In this document: positions 56,590 to 64,000 of the stretch, piece after piece | Layout: every line of letters begins with the position of its first letter | Numbering within the stretch: position 1 is the stretch's first letter | Source of the DNA: an uncultured Candidatus Rokubacteria bacterium | GTDB taxonomy: Bacteria > Methylomirabilota > Methylomirabilia > Rokubacteriales > DASRDR01 | Direction of reading: 5' to 3' | Length of the DNA: 64,000 nucleotides | Assembly: GCA_963708025.1 (NCBI GenBank) | Contig: CAVPSB010000012.1 | Coordinates: forward strand, 256,001-320,000 | The notes under the pieces: generated by a model | Database searches by the model: none | Seen by the model: the letters and a program-made list of their open reading frames with translations, nothing else | What the model was told of the DNA's origin: nothing | Translations under genes and position numbers: made by a program

Positions 56590-57510
56590 TCAGTCGGCAC
56601 GGACCACCTTGCCCGATGGCAGGCCGGGCAGGGGGCCGGTGTAGAAGGGCAGCTGATCGACGCGCGGCCTCCACGAGCCGTCGTCGATACACTGGCGGGC
56701 GTGAGCGGCGATGTCGTCGAGGCGGGCGAACCAGACGCCTCCCTTGTTTTTCATGTACTCGATCATGTCGGTCGCGGCATCCCACCGTGACGACCGGCCC
56801 GACACGAAGGGGTGCCACACCGCGATCCACAAGCCCCCGTGACGCCAGGCCGCGTCGAACTCGGCGCGGAACACTTCGACCGCCCGTTCGGGCGAGGCGA
56901 TGGGCATCATGTAGTTGAACTCTCTCAGGCAGACATACTGCGTCCAGTCGTCCAGGGACACGTCGGAGGGCAGCTCGAGGAGACGGCCCCGATCGCCGGC
57001 CAGGACATACGGAATGTCGTGACCGCACAGCGACGCGTCGTACGTGAAGCCTTCGTCCAGGAGGAGGTCGAGGGTGTGGCGGGAGAACGCGTAGGACGGC
57101 GCGCGATAGCCCCGGGGGCGCTCACCGGTGGCGTTCGTGATGCTCGTGATCGCCCGTCGGAGCCAGTCGCGCTCCTCGTCGCGGCTGAGCTGGTTGGGCC
57201 TCTCGTGCATGTAGCCGTGATGCGCCACCTCGTGTCCGTGGGACACGATGAGCTCGATGGCTCTCGGATATTGTTCGATGCACCAGCCCGGAACAAAGAA
57301 CGTCTGCCGGAGGCCGAGCCGCTCGAACGTGGCCACGATCCGCGGTACCGCGACCTCGGGTCCGTAGCGAAGCATGGACGAGAGCGCGAGCCGGTTGTGG
57401 GCGGTCTCGCCCAGATAGATGTGGAGCAGGCTCTCGGCGTCCATGTCGAAGGTGAAGGCGACGGCGCAGCGTGCGCCGTTCGGCCACGGAATCGGATTCT
57501 CGATCATCAC
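56590..57510 (-). CDS. Polysaccharide deacetylase family protein (PuuE/HpPgdA-like)
   Basis: WPNGARCAVAFTFD, TFFVPG, HEVAHHGYMH, GYRAP and WHP motifs. Confidence 0.88.
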   Translation of the reverse strand: MMIENPIPWPNGARCAVAFTFDMDAESLLHIYLGETAHNRLALSSMLRYGPEVAVPRIVATFERLGLRQTFFVPGWCIEQYPRAIELIVSHGHEVAHHGYMHERPNQLSRDEERDWLRRAITSITNATGERPRGYRAPSYAFSRHTLDLLLDEGFTYDASLCGHDIPYVLAGDRGRLLELPSDVSLDDWTQYVCLREFNYMMPIASPERAVEVFRAEFDAAWRHGGLWIAVWHPFVSGRSSRWDAATDMIEYMKNKGGVWFARLDDIAAHARQCIDDGSWRPRVDQLPFYTGPLPGLPSGKVVRAD

Positions 57511-57761
57511 GAGCTCCTTTCAGGCCGGATGGCCCCTGGGCGGACCGGCCGATGGTAGCGTGGCCACGGCGCCGTCGGCAAGGACGCGGCCGCGGCGCCC
57601 CGCCGATGCCCGGGACTCGTCTGAACTGAGCGACCTCGCTGCAGCCGGAACCTCCCGCGCGAAGCCGATCTCGCCGGCAGGCCTTGACAAGGTGTCGCGA
57701 CGGAGTACAGACTGCCGGCAGCCCGGCCGACCGAGAGGGCGTGCGCACAGGGGAATCTCGA

Positions 57762-58811
57762 GTGACCTACCCCGACTGGACCGACATCCGCAACTCCAAC
57801 TTCGCGCGGGCCCGCTTCTTCCCCCTCATCGAAGAGGACATGCCCACGTTCATGGGACTCCCCCTGGCGACGTCGCCGGCCGATCTCCGGGGGACGGACG
57901 CGGTGATCATCGGCGCGCCGTACGTCGCCGGCTGGAGCCAGTACGCGGGTGTCGGGAAGAGCGAATGGCTGGCGGGCCCGAAGCGCGTGCGCCAGCAGTC
58001 GATCCGCTACGGGTCGGGCTACATCCAGGACTTCGACCTCGACGTGTTCGAGCACCTGCGCGTGGTCGACTTCGGCGACGCCCGGATTCCTCCCGAGGCG
58101 AACGAGAAGCCCACGGTGGAGAACATCCTCCGGGCGCAGGCGGCGGTCGAGGAGAAGGTGGGCCAGGTGCTCGAGGCCGGCGCCATCCCCATCGTCATCG
58201 GCCAGAACTCGCCGTGCGGGTCGTACGCGATCGCCAAGCCCATCGCCGAGCGAACCCGGGGGAACGTGGGGGTGATCAGCCTCGACACGCACTGGGATGC
58301 CCAGCCGATCGACAAGTTGACGATGGACGCCCGCATCGCGGGGGCCGCCAGCTGGAAGCGGAAGATGTACGAGTTCCACGAGAACATCACGGTGCCCAAC
58401 CTCGTGGAGATCGGCGAGCGGGGACTGCTGGAGGACAAGCAGACGGTCCGGGAGTTCATCAAGCGGGGGGCGCACTTCTATCCGATGTGGACCGTCCGGA
58501 CCCAGCTCGGCATCGACGGGTTGTGCCACGAGCTGCGCCACGCCTACGAGGGCACCGACGCCGTGTACGTCCACTTCGACATGGATGTCCTCGGGGGCGC
58601 CGGGCCCGCCCCCGGCGACATCCTGGGCGAGCTGGCCGAGCCGATCGGGATGACGGACTACGAGGTGATCCGCCTGGCCTTCGAGATCGGCAAGCGCGGG
58701 CTCAGCGGCCTGTCGTTCATCTGCATCCCGCCGGGGTCCGCGGTCATCTACCGCGCGATCGTCTACGTGATCATGTACCTGCTGGCCGGGCGGGTGCTCT
58801 CCGCGAAGTAG
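57762..58811 (+). CDS. Atypical arginase/agmatinase (ureohydrolase) family protein
   Basis: TFMGLP, GP..VR..S, VVDFGD, DTHWD and HFDMDVL motifs. Confidence 0.82.
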   Translation: MTYPDWTDIRNSNFARARFFPLIEEDMPTFMGLPLATSPADLRGTDAVIIGAPYVAGWSQYAGVGKSEWLAGPKRVRQQSIRYGSGYIQDFDLDVFEHLRVVDFGDARIPPEANEKPTVENILRAQAAVEEKVGQVLEAGAIPIVIGQNSPCGSYAIAKPIAERTRGNVGVISLDTHWDAQPIDKLTMDARIAGAASWKRKMYEFHENITVPNLVEIGERGLLEDKQTVREFIKRGAHFYPMWTVRTQLGIDGLCHELRHAYEGTDAVYVHFDMDVLGGAGPAPGDILGELAEPIGMTDYEVIRLAFEIGKRGLSGLSFICIPPGSAVIYRAIVYVIMYLLAGRVLSAK

Positions 58812-58864
58812 CGCGCCGCCAACGCCGCCGGCGCGCCGTGGTGTGAGCCGAGGACCGGGACATT

Positions 58865-58905
58865 CAACATTGGCAACATTGGCAACATTGGCAACATTGG
58901 CAACA
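58865..58905 (+). repeat. Tandem repeat (CAACATTGG)x4.5
   Basis: Perfect 9-bp units abutting the GGGGAGG SD. Confidence 0.95.
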
Positions 58906-58918
58906 GGGGAGGCACGTG

Positions 58919-59768
58919 ATGGGGATCGGACGGAAGGCGTGGCGGGTCCTGGCGGCGGCGGTCATCGTCGGCTCCTTGCTCCTCGGTGCGTCGACCGCGT
59001 CCGCCGGGCTGTGGGACGACATCAAGAAGCGGGGCAAGGTGGTCGTCGCGACCGAAGCCCAGTACTACCCGTTCGAGTTCGTCGAGGGCGGCAAGATCGT
59101 CGGGTACCACAAGGACGTGCTCGACCGGATCATCGCGGCCTGGGGCGTCCAGATGGAACAGCTCGATCTGCCCTTCACCGGCATCCTTCCCGGGCTGCTC
59201 CAGAAGAAGTACGACTTCGTGGCGACCGCTCTGATCATCAACCCCGAGCGCGCCGGGCGATATGCCTTCACCATGCCGCTGGCCGAGGTGAAGGTGGGAG
59301 TGCTGAAGCGGAAGGGTGACGCGAAGGTCAAGTCGGTGAGCGACCTCAGCGGGCTGGTGGTGGGGACGGTGCCGCCGACGGGCGGGCCGGCCCAGTTCCT
59401 GCTGAAGTACAACGAGACGCTGAAAGCCGGCGGCAAGGGGGCCGCGGACGTCAAGCACTTCCAGAGCTCCCCCGACATCGCCGTCGCCCTGGCGAACCGT
59501 CAGGTCGACGTGATGGTCGAACAGCGTGCCACCGCTCCTGGGCGCCATGAAGACCTCCCCGAACAGCTTCGAGATGGTCGGCACGATCGGCGACCCGTTC
59601 TGGGAGGGGTGGGTCACCCGGCCGGAGGACACCGACCTCCGCGACGCCATCAACGCGGAGATCCGGAAGCTCCGGGACAGCGGGGCGCTGAAGCAGTTCC
59701 AGCAGAAATGGTTCGGCTACACGATGGAGGTTCCGACCTCGGGTTACCTGCCGCCCGGAGCGAAGTGA
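58919..59768 (+). CDS. Polar amino-acid ABC substrate-binding protein (family 3), frameshift near 59520
   Basis: Signal peptide; YPFEF, ILPGLLQKKYD and PERA motifs. Confidence 0.88.
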
Positions 59769-59909
59769 TCCCGACCGCCGGCGCATGAGCCGGCTCGTGA
59801 AGGGAGGCCCCGGCCGGGCGAGACCGGGCGGGCGGGGCTTGGCCGGTGCCGGGGTGGCGGCGTTCCGCGACCCCGGCACCGGCCGCGGGACACCCGGCGG
59901 TTCGCCCGC

Positions 59910-60569
59910 GTGAAGCTCGAGTTCCGGTACGCGGTCGATGCGTTGCCCGCGCTCCTCCAGGGCGCCCTCGTCACCCTGGAGACGTCGCTGCTGGCGGTCA
60001 TCCTCGGCGTCGGCGTGGGAATCGGCCTCACCGTCCTCCGGCAGACGGCCGTCCGGCCGGTCGAGTGGGCCTGCCAGGCCTACATGAGCGTCATGCGCGG
60101 CACCCCGCTGTTCATCCAGGTCCTGATGGTGTACTACGTCCTGCCGGCGGTGGGCCTCGACATCCCGCGATTCTTCGCCGGGGTCATCGCGCTGAGCCTG
60201 AACAGCGGCGCCTACGTCACCGAGATCCTGCGCGGCGGGCTGAGCGCGATCCCGCGCGGCCAGGTCGACGCGGCCCGGTCGGTCGGCATGCCGCGCTCGC
60301 TCATCTGGCGGCACATCCTCCTGCCGCAGACGTTCGTCCTGGTGCTGCCGCCCCTGACCGTCGAGTTCACCAGCCTGCTCAAGGCGTCGGCCCTGCTTTC
60401 CGTCATTGCGGTGGTCGAGCTGACGCGCACCGCCCAGCAGATCGTCGCGGCCACCTTCCGGCCGGTGGAGCTCTGGCTGGTTACCGGAGCGCTCTACTTC
60501 GTCATGTGCTTCACGCTCGGTGGTGCCGCCCGGTGGCTCGAGCAGCGGGCCGCCGTGTACCGAGCCTGA
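59910..60569 (+). CDS. Amino-acid ABC permease
   Basis: [16 protein letters not shown] and GQ.DAA motifs. Confidence 0.92.
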   Translation: MKLEFRYAVDALPALLQGALVTLETSLLAVILGVGVGIGLTVLRQTAVRPVEWACQAYMSVMRGTPLFIQVLMVYYVLPAVGLDIPRFFAGVIALSLNSGAYVTEILRGGLSAIPRGQVDAARSVGMPRSLIWRHILLPQTFVLVLPPLTVEFTSLLKASALLSVIAVVELTRTAQQIVAATFRPVELWLVTGALYFVMCFTLGGAARWLEQRAAVYRA

Positions 60570-60581
60570 CCGGCGGCCGCC

Positions 60582-61286
60582 ATGACGTTCGACCTGTCGG
60601 TCATCGCCCAGAACTGGCCGATCTTCGTCCGGGGCTTCGGCACCACGCTTCTCTGCTCCGTCCTCGCCATCGCCGCCGGTCTGGTCGTGGGAGGGGTCAT
60701 CGCGCTCGGGCGGCTGTCGCGCCGTTCGTGGCTCCGGTGGCCGGCGTCCGTGTACGTCGAGGTCATCCGCGACACCCCCTTCCTGGTCCAGGCCTTCCTC
60801 ATCTACTTCCTGCTGCCCCGCTACGAGATCCGGCTGCCCGCCACCACCGCCGGGATCATCGCGCTGGCGCTCTACGCGGCGGCCGGCTTCGCCGAGTCCA
60901 TCCGGGGGGCGATTCTGTCCGTCGCCCGCGGCCAGGTGGAGGCGGCCCGCGCTGCCGGCATGTCGCAGCTCCTGACCATGCGGCGGATCGTGACCCCGCA
61001 GATGATGGGCTATCTCGTCCCGTCGCTGACGAACCAGTTCATCGGCATCGTGAAGGAATCGTCGGTGCTGTCGATCATCACCGTCACGGAGCTGACCATG
61101 GCCAGCTCCATCGTGCTGGGTCAGACGTTCGCCGCGGTCGAGGCGTACAGCGTGGTCGCGCTGCTCTACTGGGGGGTCGCGCTGGCGATTGCCCTCGCCA
61201 TGGGATCCCTCGAGCGGTGGACGCCGGGTCGCCGTCGGGCGGCCGGGCGGTTGGCACCGCTGCTGAGCGGAAGCCGGGAGTCATGA
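60582..61286 (+). CDS. Amino-acid ABC permease
   Basis: RDTPFL, ESIRG..GQVEAA and KESSVL motifs. Confidence 0.92.
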   Translation: MTFDLSVIAQNWPIFVRGFGTTLLCSVLAIAAGLVVGGVIALGRLSRRSWLRWPASVYVEVIRDTPFLVQAFLIYFLLPRYEIRLPATTAGIIALALYAAAGFAESIRGAILSVARGQVEAARAAGMSQLLTMRRIVTPQMMGYLVPSLTNQFIGIVKESSVLSIITVTELTMASSIVLGQTFAAVEAYSVVALLYWGVALAIALAMGSLERWTPGRRRAAGRLAPLLSGSRES

Positions 61287-62080
61287 GTACGGTCCCGGTC
61301 GCCCGGCGGCCGGTCATCCAGGTCACCGGGCTGCACAAGTGGTTCGGCCCCCTGCACGTGCTGCGGGGCATCGACATGGAGGTCGGCTGGGGCGAGAAGG
61401 TCTGCATCATCGGCCCCAGCGGGTCCGGGAAGAGCACGCTGCTCCGGTGCATCAACTTCCTGGAGGAGCCCCAGCGGGGCACGATCCTCCTGGATGGCGA
61501 GCCCATGGGATTCGTGGAGGAGCCGGGGGGGCGGCGGCGGCGTGAAGCCGAAGCGACCGTCAACCGCCGGCGGGCGAAGATCGGCATGGTATTCCAGAGC
61601 TTCAATCTCTGGACCCACATGACCGTCACGCAGAATCTCGTCGAGGCGCCGGTGTACGTGAAGGGAGAGACTCGCCCGGTGGCCGAGGCGCGCGCCGACC
61701 GGCTCCTCCGGCGCGTCGGGCTGCTCGACAAGCGGGACGCCTACCCGGCCCAGCTTTCCGGCGGCCAGCAGCAGCGGGTGGCGATCGCCCGGGCGCTGGC
61801 CATGGAGCCGTCGGTGATCCTGTTCGACGAGCCGACGTCGGCCCTGGATCCCGAGCTGGTCGGTGAGGTCCTGGCGGTCATGGAGGACCTCGCCCGGGAG
61901 GGGATGACGATGGTGATCGTCACGCACGAGATGGCGTTCGCGGAGGAGGTGGCCGACCGCGTGATCTTCATGGACGAGGGCGTGATCGTGGAGCAGGGGC
62001 CGGCCCGCGACCTCTTCAAGGAGCCGAAGAGCGAGCGCACCGGGCAGTTTCTGGCCAAGGTCATCCGGCGGAGGACCTGA
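61283..62080 (+). CDS. Amino-acid ABC ATPase (GlnQ family)
   Basis: [16 protein letters not shown] and [12 protein letters not shown] motifs. Confidence 0.94.
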   Translation: MSTVPVARRPVIQVTGLHKWFGPLHVLRGIDMEVGWGEKVCIIGPSGSGKSTLLRCINFLEEPQRGTILLDGEPMGFVEEPGGRRRREAEATVNRRRAKIGMVFQSFNLWTHMTVTQNLVEAPVYVKGETRPVAEARADRLLRRVGLLDKRDAYPAQLSGGQQQRVAIARALAMEPSVILFDEPTSALDPELVGEVLAVMEDLAREGMTMVIVTHEMAFAEEVADRVIFMDEGVIVEQGPARDLFKEPKSERTGQFLAKVIRRRT

Positions 62081-62105
62081 GCGCGGGTGTGAAGCAGTCG
62101 GGAGC

Positions 62106-62190
62106 ATCCGACTCCCCCCTCCCCCCGGTGGGTGGGGGAGGGGGGCCAAAGGCCGAAGGCCGTCGACGGATCGGGTGGGCGGGAGGTTAC
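62106..62190 (+). repeat. Family A repeat ending in the SD of the SDR gene
   Basis: ...GGGCGGGAGGTTAC-ATG. Confidence 0.85.
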
Positions 62191-62982
62191 ATGGACGGGA
62201 CGGTGGCGAACCGGCACGCGATCGTGACGGGGGCGGCGCAGGGGCTGGGCCTGGCCATCGCCCGCGCGCTCGCCGAGGGCGGGGCCCGGGTCCTGCTCTC
62301 GGACATCCAGGCGGAGAAGGTGGAGGCGGCGGCCCGCGATCTCCCCGGCGGGCCGGGCCGGCACGCGGCGGCGGTCGCCGACGTCACCTCGGCCGACCAG
62401 GTCGCGGCGATGGTCGCCGCGGCGAAGGCGGCGTTCGGTCGCGTCGACATCCTCGTCAACAACGCCGGCGGCAGCGGCACCGTCGGCGTGGCGGACATCG
62501 AGGACACGAGCGAGGCGGTGTGGGACCGCATCGTCGGCACCAACCTGAAGGGGGCGTTCCTGTGCTGCCGGGCGGCGGTGCCGCTGATGAAGGCGCAGCG
62601 CTACGGCCGCATCGTCAACCTGTCGTCGGTGGCCGCCCGCGGCAGCTTCGGGCCCCTCCTCACGGTTGGGGCCCGGCTGCCGTACTGCGCGGCGAAGGCG
62701 GGCGTGCAGGGGCTCACGTATCAGCTCGCGCGCGACCTCGGCCCCTGGAACATCACGGTCAACGTGGTGGTGCCGGGGTTCACGCTCACGGAGCCCGGCG
62801 CCCGCGTGCATCGCCAGTTCCACGAGCTGAGCGAGGCCGAGCGCCAGGCGCTGATCGGCCCCCTGCCGCTCGGCCGGCCGGGCGAGCCGCGCGACATCGC
62901 GGGGGCGGTGCGCTTCCTCGCCTCGGACGAGGCCGGGTACGTCTCCGGGGCCACCCTGGAGGTCAGCGGGGCCGCCCCCTAG
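62191..62982 (+). CDS. SDR family oxidoreductase (FabG-like)
   Basis: TGAAQGLG, NNAG and YCAAK motifs. Confidence 0.93.
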   Translation: MDGTVANRHAIVTGAAQGLGLAIARALAEGGARVLLSDIQAEKVEAAARDLPGGPGRHAAAVADVTSADQVAAMVAAAKAAFGRVDILVNNAGGSGTVGVADIEDTSEAVWDRIVGTNLKGAFLCCRAAVPLMKAQRYGRIVNLSSVAARGSFGPLLTVGARLPYCAAKAGVQGLTYQLARDLGPWNITVNVVVPGFTLTEPGARVHRQFHELSEAERQALIGPLPLGRPGEPRDIAGAVRFLASDEAGYVSGATLEVSGAAP

Positions 62983-62992
62983 CCCCCTCCTA

Positions 62993-63030
62993 CCCTCTCC
63001 CCCGTCAGGGGGAGAGGGCAGGGTGAGGGG
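62993..63030 (+). repeat. Family B repeat
   Basis: CCCTCTCCCCC-GTCA-GGGGGAGAGGG hairpin followed by GGGTGAGGG. Confidence 0.75.
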
Positions 63031-63070
63031 GTGACGCGAGCGGACAGGAGTCGAGCATGAGGCGAGGCAC

Positions 63071-63751
63071 ATGAGCGTGTCGGTTCCCGGCCAGCCCTTT
63101 CCGTTTCCGCGGCGCGGCGTCCTCCGGCCGGACGACACCGCCGTCTTCGTGATCGACATGCAGCGCGACTTCTGCGCCGAGGGCGGGTACATGGATCGCC
63201 TCGGCGCCGACCTGGGGCCGCTCCGGGCCCCGATCGCACCGATCCAGCGCGTCCTGCGAGCGGTGCGGTCACGCGGCTATCGCGTCGCCCACACCCGCGA
63301 GGGCTATGGCGCCGACCTCGGGGACGTCCAGCGCTGGAAGCTGGCCGACCGCGTCAGGATCGGCGATCCCGGGCCGCTGGGCCGGGCGCTGATCCGCGGC
63401 GAGCCGGGCTGGGAGACCGTTCCGGAGCTCCAGCCGCTGCCCGGCGAGCCCGTGTTCGACAAGCCGGGGTACGGGGTGTTCGCGTTCACGGACGTGGACG
63501 CGACGTTGCGGGCCTGGGGCGTCGAGCACGTCGTCCTGACCGGCGTGACCACCGATTGCTGCGTGCATTCGATCCTGCGGGAGGCGCTGGACCGGGGCTA
63601 CGACTGCCTCGTGCTCGAGGACTGCGTCGGCGCCTCGAGCCGGCAGTACCACGAGGCCGCGCTGTCACTGGTCAAGAAGGCCAGCGGGGTCTTCGGCACC
63701 GTCTCGGACTCGGCGACGTTCATCGGAGCGCTCGGCGACACGTCGCCCTGA
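63071..63751 (+). CDS. Cysteine hydrolase (isochorismatase family), biuret-hydrolase-like
   Basis: IDMQRDF, HTREG, RGEPGW, DKPG and GVTTDCCV; D-K-C triad present. Confidence 0.85.
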   Translation: MSVSVPGQPFPFPRRGVLRPDDTAVFVIDMQRDFCAEGGYMDRLGADLGPLRAPIAPIQRVLRAVRSRGYRVAHTREGYGADLGDVQRWKLADRVRIGDPGPLGRALIRGEPGWETVPELQPLPGEPVFDKPGYGVFAFTDVDATLRAWGVEHVVLTGVTTDCCVHSILREALDRGYDCLVLEDCVGASSRQYHEAALSLVKKASGVFGTVSDSATFIGALGDTSP

Positions 63752-63834
63752 GGGTGCCGCTGAGCCGTAGTCCACGAGGCCTGGACGGCCCAGGGAAGTC
63801 TCCGTCAGGGTTGACTCGCGCTGGCGTTCACCTC

Positions 63835-63999
63835 TCAAGTGTTCGGCGCGGTCCTTCTCAGGAACAGCACCTGCTCGGCCAGCCCTTCAGGATGGGTAGC
63901 TGCGCACGCCGCGATCGCGTCGGCCAGCGCGGCGAACTCGTCACCCCGAAAGCTCGCAGGAACCAGGATGATACCGGCGTACGACTCTTGGCGGTTGAT
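63835..63999 (-). CDS. C-terminal fragment of a possible DUF5615 PIN-like protein
   Basis: Open frame to the window edge: ..SYAGIILVPASFRGDEFAALADAI..VLFL; not in the ORF track. Confidence 0.4.
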   Translation of the reverse strand: MNRQESYAGIILVPASFRGDEFAALADAIAACAATHPEGLAEQVLFLRRTAPNT

Positions 64000-64000
64000 C

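Noticed and set aside
57511-57761. Guanidine riboswitch upstream of the ureohydrolase
   Set aside because: No twin ACGR hairpins or recognisable ykkC/ykkC-III motif by eye; an Rfam scan would be needed to exclude it fully

Overview
High-GC bacterial chromosome segment, most likely Candidatus Rokubacteria (Methylomirabilota). That is inferred from gene content: a giant multi-GAF kinase, a sigma54-activator/STAND fusion, a PF04392-type binding protein and many ABC systems. Many conserved genes, including gltB and gltD, carry single-base frameshifts, which points to uncorrected long-read errors. Left to right the window holds: a peptide ABC permease and hydantoinase/oxoprolinase A/B; DUF4238; an AI-2E transporter; a HicB-like plus wHTH gene pair behind a sigma54 promoter, divergent from a bEBP-Fis-cyclase-like-STAND-TPR regulator; a decayed integron cassette array with no integrase in the window (two BrnT-type TA modules, a GIY-YIG nuclease, a methyltransferase, attC sites with broken GTT cores) that also encloses a lipoprotein truncated globin; gltDB with a LysR regulator; VOC; DUF222-HNH; a CADD-like diiron oxidase/Rieske/GlcG operon; a PQQ sugar dehydrogenase; a peptide ABC operon with an amidohydrolase; a sugar ABC operon split by an inserted CXXCH protein with a duplicated gene end; a ~9.3 kb hybrid kinase with ~13 GAFs and a non-canonical REC-cyclase; DUF2889; an aldolase; and a putative N-compound catabolic cluster (PuuE-like deacetylase, atypical ureohydrolase, amino-acid ABC, SDR, BiuH-like hydrolase). 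At least three families of dispersed palindromic repeats are present, and one appears to supply ribosome-binding sites. No rRNA, tRNA or CRISPR array was seen. All family calls come from motif recognition by eye, not database searches.
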